Position numbers and translations under genes: made by a program. This document shows, piece after piece, positions 27,159-36,346 of a stretch of DNA of 64,000 nucleotides. This DNA is from an uncultured Gammaproteobacteria bacterium (GTDB lineage Bacteria > Patescibacteriota > Microgenomatia > UBA8517 > UBA10165), in assembly GCA_964366515.1 (NCBI GenBank), contig CAYIUF010000001.1, forward strand, positions 51,388-115,387. Reading direction: 5' to 3'. The notes under the pieces are model-generated. The model was given only the letters and a program-made list of their open reading frames with translations, did not search any database and was not told the origin of the DNA. The number at the start of each line of letters is the position of its first letter. Position 1 is the first letter of the stretch.

Positions 27159-28196
27159 ATGGATATCGGCGATACGATAAAAAACCACTCAGGCGGAAAA
27201 AACCTTAAATATATAAACGACACGATCCCTGGCATTACCAGGCTAAGAACAAAAAACGGCTTCACATTCTACGACCCCAATGGAGTCAAAATCTCAAACG
27301 AGAATATCCTCCTAAGAGTTAAAAATCTGGGAATCCCCCCAGCATGGGAAGAAGTTTGGATTTGCCCATATACCCACGGACATATCCAAGCAACTGGCAT
27401 AGATTCCAAAAAAAGAAAACAATATATCTATCATGAAGTTTGGGAGGAGATGCAGAAGCAAAATAAGTTTGACAAGGTAACCTTTTTTGGAAGATCCTTG
27501 CCTAAGATAAGAAGGAGAATAAGACAAGACATAAACAGCCGCGGCTTGGGAAAAAACAAAGTAGTTGCAACTGTTGTTTGGCTATTGGAACACACATTTG
27601 TCAGAGTTGGGAATGACGAATACGCCAAAGACAACAACTCGTTTGGGCTAACCACACTAAGAAACAAACATGTAAAAGTAAAAGGATCGCAAGTAAGATT
27701 TGAATTTGCAGGCAAAAGCGGAGTCCATCATTTGGTAGATATTAGCCACCCAAAGATAAGAAGAGTGATAAAACGCTGTATTGAACTCCCGGGATACGAA
27801 TTATTTCAGTGTGTTGACGATGAAACAGGAAAACATGCAGTAGATTCCTCAGATGTAAACGGCTACCTTCAAGATACAACAGGGGAAGATATCAGCGCAA
27901 AAGATTTTAGGACTTGGGGAGGGACATTTTTATCAGCAGTCACATTAAACAAGATGGGCGATCAAGAAAGCAAAAACAGACTTAAGCAAAACATCTCAGA
28001 AACCATAAAAGAAGTAGCAAAACATTTAAGAAATACCCCCGCTATCTGCAAAAACTATTACATCCATCCGGAAGTTTTACGAAAGTACGAAGAGAAAGAA
28101 CTAATTGCACATTTTGCAAATTCGCAAGCTATAAAAAGAGATTTATCAAGAAACGAACTCGGATTAATCAGGCTTCTTGAAAAATATGCAGGCTGA
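27159..28196 (+). CDS. DNA topoisomerase IB (bacterial/poxvirus-like)
   Basis: IPPAW, RVGNDEY, GKSG, KDFRTW, LRNTPAICKNYYIHP with catalytic Tyr. Confidence 0.92.
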   Translation: MDIGDTIKNHSGGKNLKYINDTIPGITRLRTKNGFTFYDPNGVKISNENILLRVKNLGIPPAWEEVWICPYTHGHIQATGIDSKKRKQYIYHEVWEEMQKQNKFDKVTFFGRSLPKIRRRIRQDINSRGLGKNKVVATVVWLLEHTFVRVGNDEYAKDNNSFGLTTLRNKHVKVKGSQVRFEFAGKSGVHHLVDISHPKIRRVIKRCIELPGYELFQCVDDETGKHAVDSSDVNGYLQDTTGEDISAKDFRTWGGTFLSAVTLNKMGDQESKNRLKQNISETIKEVAKHLRNTPAICKNYYIHPEVLRKYEEKELIAHFANSQAIKRDLSRNELGLIRLLEKYAG

Positions 28197-29883
28197 CTCC
28201 TTCTCAAGCAAAAAGGCAGCAGCCATTCTTTGCATTGTGGGGATTATAGTGTGGGCCAACATGCTTGGCAATTCATTTGTTTGGGACGACGAAGAGATGG
28301 TTGTAAACAATAGTGGAATATTTCATTTTGGAAATATTCCAAATCTTTTTTCTTCAGCAACTTTCAATTCAGGCGGGTCGGCATTAGGCGGTTGGTTCTA
28401 TCGACCCCTGGTGATGCTCACATTTTTGTTAATCCACACAGTGTTCGGCTTATGGACCCCTGCATACCACCTTATACAACTTTGCTTCCACCTAACAGCA
28501 AGTGCTCTGCTCTTTCTAGTGCTAAGCACAACATTTGGTAAAATTGACTCGAAACGCGACCGTCTTGTAGCCCTCGTTTTGTCGCTGATTTTTCTGGTTC
28601 ACCCAGCCCACACTGACTCAGTAGGCTACATATCATCAATCGGCGAGCCACTATATACACTATTTGTGTTAAGTGCTTTTTGGCTAATCCTCAAACGTCA
28701 ATTTACCCGAAAAACACTCATACTAATAGGTGTTTTATTTACTCTTGGATTACTAACAAAAGAGGGAGCAGTAATTTTACTTCCATTAGGTATTCTTTGG
28801 AGTTGGCCTTTTCAAAAAACGCGAGAATTATTCCGTGTCGCAGTTTCTCTAATCTCAGGACTAAGCGTCTATTTGTTTATCAGACTTTCATTTTTTGGAA
28901 TTCAATTAGAGCGCCCTGATTTTATTGCACCAATTTCTGACGCATCTCTCAGTGAGCGAACACTGACAGGTGTCGCAAACTTTTTCACTTTTCTCAAAGT
29001 ATTCGCTTCCCCAAAAACCCTAGCAATAGCAAACCATGAAGTAATAAAAAGTCCCACAGACTATCGCTTCATTGTGGGAGGTGTTTTGCTTATCTTATTT
29101 CTCGGCGCAGCACTTTTCTTGTTTCTAAAAAAACAAAAACTAGTACTCTTCTTTCTCGTGTGGTTTCTGCTTTCTTACATCCCTGTATCCAATATTCTGT
29201 TTCCACTAGACATGTCCTTTGCAGACCGTTGGTTATACTTCCCAATGATAGGATTGTTGGGATTAATTGGATGCATGGTGTTAAAACTTAAAAACCAGCA
29301 TCTGATTACCACATGTTACTTATTGCTTGTTGTTGTGGGGCTGCTCTCTATTCGCACTATTATTAGAAATCGCGATTGGAAAAATGGTCTAACGCTTTAT
29401 TCACATGACGGAAAAATTAACGACAATTTTGATTTAAACAATAACCTAGGAGTTGAGTTATTTAGAAACGGGGACATACAAAATTCAAAAACACATTTTG
29501 AAAAATCAATTACCCAAAAAGATGATTGGAACATCCCACACAACAATCTTGGCGCAATATACGAAAGAGAAGGAAATTTAGAAGGGGCAAAAAGGGAGTA
29601 CGAAAGATCAGTCGAACTTGGGGACTATTACCTTTCTTTTGAAAACCTTTCAAATCTTTACGTCAAAACAAAAGACCCAAAAGCTCTTGAGTTTATTAAA
29701 TTCGCCTTTGGAAAATTCCCCAATAGCCCAGGTATCAATCGCTCAGCCGCTATTGCTTATTACCTGATAGGCGACCAAACCCAGGCTCTCTATTACGCAA
29801 GGCGTCTAACAGCTCTCCAGCCAGCCCAAGAAAACATAAGGCTGTACAACATCATCTTCAACAAACAACAGCTAGATTTTTGA
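28186..29883 (+). CDS. TMTC-like GT-C membrane protein with C-terminal TPR repeats
   Basis: FVWDD loop, YRPL, HPAHTDSV, ADRWLYFP, TPR motifs NNLG. Confidence 0.8.
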   Translation: MQADSFSSKKAAAILCIVGIIVWANMLGNSFVWDDEEMVVNNSGIFHFGNIPNLFSSATFNSGGSALGGWFYRPLVMLTFLLIHTVFGLWTPAYHLIQLCFHLTASALLFLVLSTTFGKIDSKRDRLVALVLSLIFLVHPAHTDSVGYISSIGEPLYTLFVLSAFWLILKRQFTRKTLILIGVLFTLGLLTKEGAVILLPLGILWSWPFQKTRELFRVAVSLISGLSVYLFIRLSFFGIQLERPDFIAPISDASLSERTLTGVANFFTFLKVFASPKTLAIANHEVIKSPTDYRFIVGGVLLILFLGAALFLFLKKQKLVLFFLVWFLLSYIPVSNILFPLDMSFADRWLYFPMIGLLGLIGCMVLKLKNQHLITTCYLLLVVVGLLSIRTIIRNRDWKNGLTLYSHDGKINDNFDLNNNLGVELFRNGDIQNSKTHFEKSITQKDDWNIPHNNLGAIYEREGNLEGAKREYERSVELGDYYLSFENLSNLYVKTKDPKALEFIKFAFGKFPNSPGINRSAAIAYYLIGDQTQALYYARRLTALQPAQENIRLYNIIFNKQQLDF

Positions 29884-29910
29884 GCCCATTTGAAGTACCA
29901 TTTGAAAACA

Positions 29911-31137
29911 ATGAGGTATTCTCAAGTTTTCCCAAAAACTCAAAAAGACGCCCCAAAAGACGCAGAGTCAATAAACCATCAACTATTGGTTAGGGGTGGT
30001 TTTGTTGACCAATTGATGAGCGGGTCATGGACTTTTCTTCCTTTGGGTCTTCGTGTACTTCAAAAAGTAGTCCAAATAATCAGAGAGGAAATGAATGCAA
30101 TTGGCGGACAGGAATTAGTAATGCCGCTCCTGCACCCCAAAGAAATATGGAACGAAACGGGACGTTGGGATACTGCAAAAGAAGTGATGTATCAGTTCAA
30201 AGATTCCCGAGACAAAGAATATGCGCTTTCTTTCACACATGAAGAAATTGTAATTGATTTATGCCGAAAACATGTCCAATCCTACAAAGACTTACCCCTA
30301 AAGATTTATCAGTTCTCGACCAAATTTAGAAATGAACCTCGTGCAAAATCAGGAGTATTAAGAGGACGAGAATTCTTGATGAAAGATTTATATAGCATTC
30401 ATACAACTGAAGAAGACATGTATGAGTACTACTGGCAAGTCAAAGACGCATACCTCAGAGCGTTCAAAAGAATGGGATTTGAAAATGTACGAGTTATAGA
30501 AGCATCTGGCGGAGTATTCACAGACAACCACACTCATGAATTCCAGGTTTTGTCAGAAACCGGAGAGGATACTATATATTATTGCGACGAATGTGATTGG
30601 GGAGAAAACAAAGAAATTTTTAATGAAACTGTGGGAGGCAAATGCCCCAAATGCGGCAATGGAGAAATCAAAGAAACAAAATCCATAGAGGTTGGAAACA
30701 TTTTCCCGTTAGGAACAAGATACTCTGAGAAAATGAACTTTACATTTACAGACGAAAACGGAGAAAAGAAAAATCCCCATTTCGCAAGCTACGGAATTGG
30801 GCCCTCAAGAGTTGTTGGAACAATTGTTGAAACAAACCATGATGATCGAGGAATAATTTGGCCCGAGAATGTGGCGCCATACGATGTGCACCTGGTAAAT
30901 ATTGGGGTAGATGCAGACAGCATTTATGCAAAACTCCGGCAAGCAGGGGTTGAGGTTATATATGACGACCGTGATTTGTCAGCTGGAGAAAAATTTGCAG
31001 ATGCAGATTTGATAGGCATACCGGTTCGCCTTGTCGTATCCGAAAAAACCGGGGATAAGATTGAGTGGAAGAACAGAACAGACAACCAAACAGAACTCCT
31101 TAGTGTTGACGAGATCTTAAGCAGACTGAAGAAGTAA
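29911..31137 (+). CDS. proS: Proline--tRNA ligase (short form, no editing insert)
   Basis: THEE, KFRNEPRAKSGVLRGREFLMKD, SYGIG, GEKFADADLIG. Confidence 0.95.
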   Translation: MRYSQVFPKTQKDAPKDAESINHQLLVRGGFVDQLMSGSWTFLPLGLRVLQKVVQIIREEMNAIGGQELVMPLLHPKEIWNETGRWDTAKEVMYQFKDSRDKEYALSFTHEEIVIDLCRKHVQSYKDLPLKIYQFSTKFRNEPRAKSGVLRGREFLMKDLYSIHTTEEDMYEYYWQVKDAYLRAFKRMGFENVRVIEASGGVFTDNHTHEFQVLSETGEDTIYYCDECDWGENKEIFNETVGGKCPKCGNGEIKETKSIEVGNIFPLGTRYSEKMNFTFTDENGEKKNPHFASYGIGPSRVVGTIVETNHDDRGIIWPENVAPYDVHLVNIGVDADSIYAKLRQAGVEVIYDDRDLSAGEKFADADLIGIPVRLVVSEKTGDKIEWKNRTDNQTELLSVDEILSRLKK

Positions 31138-31141
31138 TTTA

Positions 31142-32320
31142 ATGGACTTCTCATTCAAGGTTGTCAAAAAAGACAAAACCACAAATGCCCGCGCAGGAAT
31201 AATATCGACCCCACACGGAGAAATCCTAACCCCTGCATTTTCTCCAGTTGCAACACGCGCAACCGTCAAAGCGCTAAGTGTTGAGGATTTAAAAAGTGCA
31301 AATTCCCAAGTCGTTCTTGCAAATACATATCATCTATATCTCCGCCCCGGGATAAGAATCCTAAAAGATTTCGGTGGTTTTGCACCATTTATGAAATGGG
31401 ATGGGCCAACGATAACTGATTCAGGCGGCTACCAAGTTTCATTTCTTTGGACTCCAAAAGAAAAAGTAGAACAAGAAGATAATGGGCGAGTTGCAAAAAT
31501 TACTGACGAAGGTGCTTTGTTTGTTTCCCACATAGACGGCAAAAGACACTTATTAACTCCAGAAAACTCTATGGAAATTCAAGCCGTACTCGGTGCAGAT
31601 ATCATAATGGCCTTTGATCAGCCATTAGGATCCGATTACACAGAGAAGAAAAAGATGGAGGCGTTCAAGCACACAATGCTTTGGGAGCAAAGGTCGTTTG
31701 ATGTGTGGCTCGCACTTCAAAGGAAAAGGAGAAACAAACAAGCACTATATGGAATAGTGCAAGGGGATATAGACAAGAATCTTAGACGAGAGTCTTTGAA
31801 ATTTGTACTCAGCACTGGGTTCCCAGGGGTAGCGATGGGCGGCCAATCGATAGGCGCTGACCCCAAGGTAACTGCCGATACTCTCGATACCGTACAAGAC
31901 CTGTGGCCGGTAGACCTGCCAGTACACGCCCTAGGCCTTGGCGGTGGGCCCGAAGGAGTTTTTGAAGCAGTCGAACGAGGTGTTGATACTTTCGACAACA
32001 CTTCAATTACGCGGATGGCACGCTCTGGGCTTTTATTCATTTACCCCGAAGACGGAGGAAATGTCAAAAACAAATTCAGAATCGAAATTCAAAAGGCAAA
32101 ATTTAAAAGTCAAAAATCCCCGTTCAGCAAAATATGCAAATGCTATGCCTGTACAAACTACCCGGCAGCCTATCTCCACCACTTAACTGTATCTCAAGAA
32201 ATTCTAGGGCTAAGGCTCACAACAATACATAATGTACATTTTATAAACGACTTGATGTCGAAAATCAGGGACTCAATTGTGTCGGGCGACTTTTCAGACC
32301 TGAAAAAAGTGTGGCTCTAA
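31142..32320 (+). CDS. tgt: tRNA-guanine transglycosylase
   Basis: LANTYHL, TDSGGYQV, GIVQG, CKCYAC...HN zinc site. Confidence 0.93.
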   Translation: MDFSFKVVKKDKTTNARAGIISTPHGEILTPAFSPVATRATVKALSVEDLKSANSQVVLANTYHLYLRPGIRILKDFGGFAPFMKWDGPTITDSGGYQVSFLWTPKEKVEQEDNGRVAKITDEGALFVSHIDGKRHLLTPENSMEIQAVLGADIIMAFDQPLGSDYTEKKKMEAFKHTMLWEQRSFDVWLALQRKRRNKQALYGIVQGDIDKNLRRESLKFVLSTGFPGVAMGGQSIGADPKVTADTLDTVQDLWPVDLPVHALGLGGGPEGVFEAVERGVDTFDNTSITRMARSGLLFIYPEDGGNVKNKFRIEIQKAKFKSQKSPFSKICKCYACTNYPAAYLHHLTVSQEILGLRLTTIHNVHFINDLMSKIRDSIVSGDFSDLKKVWL

Positions 32321-32341
32321 CATTTTTGGTACAATTAAGCT

Positions 32342-32782
32342 GTGTTAAACGACCTACTTGCCCGACAGCTGCCAGGTATTTCTATCCCCTCGTTGGGTTC
32401 TCTTGATCCGGGAGTTTTAAAAATCGTAATTATTGCTTCCCTAGTGTTTTTATTTTTAATGCTTCTTGCTTTTACCCGGCACCACATAATCTCCCATTCG
32501 ATGAAAGGATTATGGGCAGGCATATTTTTGGGTGTTGTTTTGGTTTTAGGTCTTGAAGGCGGCGCATACTATTTATATTCAAACTACATTCTTGGGAATA
32601 AGGCTGCCGACCTTCCGGCTAATTTTCAGTTAGTTCTACAAGATAGCACAAAAAACTTAACACCAGTCTTGGGGAAAGCTGTCGAGAGAAGACGACCGAC
32701 ACAAAAAGAAGTCTTAACTGATTTTGAGTCTTTGTCGGTTGCAGAATCTAAAAACCTAAAAAAAGCTATTTGCGAAGAATGA
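32342..32782 (+). CDS. Hypothetical membrane protein
   Basis: Two TM helices; extended -10 lies 6 nt before the GTG. Confidence 0.7.
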   Translation: MLNDLLARQLPGISIPSLGSLDPGVLKIVIIASLVFLFLMLLAFTRHHIISHSMKGLWAGIFLGVVLVLGLEGGAYYLYSNYILGNKAADLPANFQLVLQDSTKNLTPVLGKAVERRRPTQKEVLTDFESLSVAESKNLKKAICEE

Positions 32783-33129
32783 ATATACTAACTTTTTTAA
32801 AATCGGGGCTAATCTTTGTAGGAGGAGCATTTTGCGCAATGTTTATATTAAATCTCGCATACCAGTCTCATCAAACAAAAGTTTTAGGGACAAGCACTCA
32901 AAGCCTGCAAATCCACGAGCAAGTGCAAAACATAGTTGGCGAAAAAGAAAAAGAACAACTGAGCATTCTTTCAAGAATATTGGGGAACATCGGACAATCG
33001 ATTGCCCAAAGTCCAATTCTCGCGCCATTGTTTACAACGAGCCAAGAAGTAACAACTGCAGTTGATTCGGTAAAAAGTCTTCCAAATGACCAAAAAAGCG
33101 CAATCTGCACCCAAATTTGCGGGCAGTAA
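32779..33129 (+). CDS. Hypothetical membrane-anchored protein
   Basis: N-terminal TM, C-terminal ICxxIC; ATGA overlap with the upstream gene. Confidence 0.7.
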   Translation: MNILTFLKSGLIFVGGAFCAMFILNLAYQSHQTKVLGTSTQSLQIHEQVQNIVGEKEKEQLSILSRILGNIGQSIAQSPILAPLFTTSQEVTTAVDSVKSLPNDQKSAICTQICGQ

Positions 33130-33168
33130 ACCTCCAGAGCTCTCGTTTTGGTACAATTCCCTCATGTT

Positions 33169-34239
33169 ATGGAAACTTTACGAGACGAGTTAAAAGAATT
33201 AAAAGAACGCCTTTCTGTGCTTTTGGCAAAGCTTGATCTGGATGAAAAAAGAAAACAATTGAGAGAACTTGAGGCAAAATCTATAAAACCTGATTTTTGG
33301 CGTACAGATGAAAATCCCAAAAAAGTCATGCAGGAAGCAGATTCTATAAAAAGCGAACTCTCTACCGTGGAATCTTTGCAAACCCAAATCGACGACAGCA
33401 CTTCTGTGGCAGGCGAAGAATTGCTTCATGATGAAGTAGAAGCCGCAGTCAGAGCGATAAAAAAAGGCATTGACCAGCTTGAGACAAAAACATACCTTTC
33501 TGGTCGGTTTGACCAAAACGATGCAATTCTTTCAATCCATGCTGGCCAAGGCGGAACAGAAGCAATGGATTGGTCAGAGATGCTAAAACGAATGTACCTA
33601 AGGTATGCAGAAAGGCAGGATTGGAAAACAAGCGTTATCGAAGAAACAAGAGGAGAAGAGGCGGGGATAAAATCCGCAACAATTCTGATAAACGGAAAGT
33701 ATGCGTATGGATACCTAAAAAACGAAGCAGGAACACACAGGTTGGTTCGCCAATCTCCTTTTAACGCAGACAAGCTTCGTCAAACCTCCTTTGCAAGAGT
33801 TGAAGTTTTGCCTCAAATTGACCAGGCACCTGAAGTTGAAGTCAGAGACGAAGATTTGGAATGGCAGTTTTATCGCTCTGGAGGGGCAGGGGGACAAAAC
33901 GTTAACAAAGTTTCAACTGCAGTTCGTTTAATTCATAACCCAACGGGTATTGTAGTTACGGCCCAAGAAGAGCGTTTCCAAGAAAAAAATCGCGAAATTG
34001 CACTAAATCTTTTGCGCTCCAAACTTTGGGCAAGGCAAGAGGCTGAGGCAGAAGCCCAAGTAAAACAGCTTAAAGGCGAATACAGACCAGCAGCTTGGGG
34101 AACTCAAATAAGATCGTATGTACTACACCCATACAAAATGGTAAAAGATCTTCGTACAAACGTAGAAACAGGAAACGCAGACGCGATCTTAGATGGAGAA
34201 CTAGATGAATTCATTGAAGCAGAGCTCCGCAACCTTTAA
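33169..34239 (+). CDS. prfB: Peptide chain release factor 2, without programmed frameshift
   Basis: SPF tripeptide and GGQ motif in one continuous ORF. Confidence 0.95.
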   Translation: METLRDELKELKERLSVLLAKLDLDEKRKQLRELEAKSIKPDFWRTDENPKKVMQEADSIKSELSTVESLQTQIDDSTSVAGEELLHDEVEAAVRAIKKGIDQLETKTYLSGRFDQNDAILSIHAGQGGTEAMDWSEMLKRMYLRYAERQDWKTSVIEETRGEEAGIKSATILINGKYAYGYLKNEAGTHRLVRQSPFNADKLRQTSFARVEVLPQIDQAPEVEVRDEDLEWQFYRSGGAGGQNVNKVSTAVRLIHNPTGIVVTAQEERFQEKNREIALNLLRSKLWARQEAEAEAQVKQLKGEYRPAAWGTQIRSYVLHPYKMVKDLRTNVETGNADAILDGELDEFIEAELRNL

Positions 34240-34275
34240 CTACTTTTCTCTACCCCTTCTACCTTTTCTACTTTT
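34239..34275. repeat. 9-bp tandem repeat x4
   Basis: ACTACTTTT-C-TCTACCCCT TCTACCTTT TCTACTTTT. Confidence 0.55.
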
Positions 34276-34300
34276 TTGTCTTGTGGTATAGTGTGTGAGC

Positions 34301-34750
34301 ATGGAAAAACCTACACCTGCCAACATCCCTCAAAACATCTCCGGCCAGACTAACGTCGTAAAAGACATAGTTCTCCCCTCATTAATAATCCTCGCAGTTA
34401 TCTTAGTTGGTGTGGCAACGGGCTGGAAATTAAGTGGTTCTAAGGGAATGTCAACCAAGGGCACAGAAGGTTCAATAACTGACGCGAAAAAAGGAGAGGA
34501 AGTAGGCTCAACAGATACCAAGACCTTTAAGGATGAGGCAGAGGGAACAATCGAAGACGGCGGAGTAAACGGAGAAGGAACACACAAGCTAATAAGAACT
34601 GGCGGCGCTTCCCAAACGGCCGCTCTAACTTCCTCAGTTATTGATCTTGATGAATTTGTCGGCCAAAAAGTCCATATATGGGGAGAGTCCTTTGGTTCAA
34701 CAAAAGCAGCATGGCTGATGGATGTTGGAAGAATCAAGGTCATTGAATAA
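34301..34750 (+). CDS. Hypothetical membrane-anchored protein
   Basis: N-terminal TM and beta-rich C-terminus; first gene before ftsEX. Confidence 0.7.
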   Translation: MEKPTPANIPQNISGQTNVVKDIVLPSLIILAVILVGVATGWKLSGSKGMSTKGTEGSITDAKKGEEVGSTDTKTFKDEAEGTIEDGGVNGEGTHKLIRTGGASQTAALTSSVIDLDEFVGQKVHIWGESFGSTKAAWLMDVGRIKVIE

Positions 34751-34767
34751 AAAGTCCCATTGCCCAA

Positions 34768-35451
34768 ATGATTAAGTTTGACTCAGCCACAAAAAAATAT
34801 GGTTCGACCTTAGCACTCGACGATGTAAGTTTTGAAATAGGTGAGGGGGAATTCGTTTTTATAACCGGACACTCAGGAGCCGGTAAAACGACCCTAATAA
34901 GGCTTTTACTTCGCGAAGTTTCCCCAACTTCCGGAAAAGTTCTAATTGAAGGCCGAGATATAAAAAGCCTCAAAAGTTCAGACATCCCCCAATATAGGAG
35001 AAAATTAGGCGTAATCTTCCAAGACTTTAAGCTTTTGCATGACAGAACTGTTTATGAGAATGTGAAAATTGCAACAGAGATTGATGGAAGAACGACTCAA
35101 GAGGAGGAAAAAAAAGTCAAAAAGGCATTAGACGAGGTCGGGATGATAAGCAAAAGCAATCTTTTTCCACGCCAGCTTTCAGGAGGCGAGGTGCAAAGGA
35201 CTGTTATCGCAAGAGTATTAGTCCAAGAGCCGAAAATAATTCTAGCAGACGAACCAACCGGGAATCTTGATCCCCAGACGGCAAGACAAATTGTTGACCT
35301 TTTGGACAATGCCGCAAAGGAGGGGGTTACGGTTCTTATGGCAACACATAATGCAGATATTGTTGATGCCCTAAAACACAGGGTAATACACCTCAAGGAG
35401 GGCAAGGTAGAAAGCGACAAGGCAAAAGGAAAGTACGAAAAAAATGATTAA
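34768..35451 (+). CDS. ftsE: Cell-division ABC ATPase FtsE
   Basis: GHSGAGKTT, FQDFKLL, LSGGE, DEPTGNLD; followed by ftsX. Confidence 0.93.
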   Translation: MIKFDSATKKYGSTLALDDVSFEIGEGEFVFITGHSGAGKTTLIRLLLREVSPTSGKVLIEGRDIKSLKSSDIPQYRRKLGVIFQDFKLLHDRTVYENVKIATEIDGRTTQEEEKKVKKALDEVGMISKSNLFPRQLSGGEVQRTVIARVLVQEPKIILADEPTGNLDPQTARQIVDLLDNAAKEGVTVLMATHNADIVDALKHRVIHLKEGKVESDKAKGKYEKND

Positions 35452-36346
35452 CACAGCAATAAAACATATAAGACGCGCACCATACCAAGCACTAACAGCA
35501 ATCTTGATAATGACAATCACATTTTTTGTTGCAACGTTGATGATTGTTATTGCATACGCTTCTTCAACGACACTGAAATATTACGAAACCAAGCCCCAAC
35601 TCATTGCATATTTTAAAAGAGATTTTAAGGCCGAAGATGTCGCTTTAGTTAAGTCCAAACTTGAGGCAGACTCTCGGGTCGAAAACGTTAGGTTTGTCTC
35701 GCAAGATGAGGCCCTTGAGATATACAAACAATTAGAGGTAAACAACCCCCAGGTCACAGAGTTTGTCAGCTCAAAAATTCTCCCCCCAAGCTATGAATTT
35801 TCGGCCAAAGACTTAAATTTTACACAAGATTTGATAAATGAGATCGAAGAATTGCCTTCGATTGAGGAAGTGCGATTTACTGCAAGTCTTGGGGGAAAAG
35901 AGAACCTAAAAGAAGTAGTTTCCCGCCTAACCAGTATTTCAAAAAACATAAGAGTAGGAGGAGCAGTTACCTTAACCATCCTTTTGCTGTCATCTCTTCT
36001 TGTACTTTTAGTAATTATCGGTATGCGAATTTCAACAAGACGTGATGAAATAGAAATTCTCCAACTAATCGGAGCAACCCCAGGCTTTATAAGGGGGCCA
36101 TTTATTCTAGAAGGGGTATTTTACGCGGTAGTCGGCGCTTTGCTGGGATGGCTCCTGGCTCTGCTTACTACAGTTTATCTCTCTCCATCGCTAGTTCGCT
36201 TCTTTCAGACAGTTCCATTTCTTCCAAGAGACATCCTAGCCCTTCTTTCATTATTTGGAATAATCTTGGCAGGAGAGGTGCTTTTGGCAATAATACTTGG
36301 AACCGCAGGAAGCTTCGTCGCAATAAAACGATACCTCAAAATTTGA
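35444..36346 (+). CDS. ftsX: Cell-division permease FtsX
   Basis: Four-TM topology; RRDEIEILQLIGAT..FIRGPF..EG. Confidence 0.92.
   Translation: MINTAIKHIRRAPYQALTAILIMTITFFVATLMIVIAYASSTTLKYYETKPQLIAYFKRDFKAEDVALVKSKLEADSRVENVRFVSQDEALEIYKQLEVNNPQVTEFVSSKILPPSYEFSAKDLNFTQDLINEIEELPSIEEVRFTASLGGKENLKEVVSRLTSISKNIRVGGAVTLTILLLSSLLVLLVIIGMRISTRRDEIEILQLIGATPGFIRGPFILEGVFYAVVGALLGWLLALLTTVYLSPSLVRFFQTVPFLPRDILALLSLFGIILAGEVLLAIILGTAGSFVAIKRYLKI

Noticed and set aside
36148-36342. Long N-terminal extension of the M23 protein
   Set aside because: It overlaps ftsX; the signal-like segment begins at TTG 36343.
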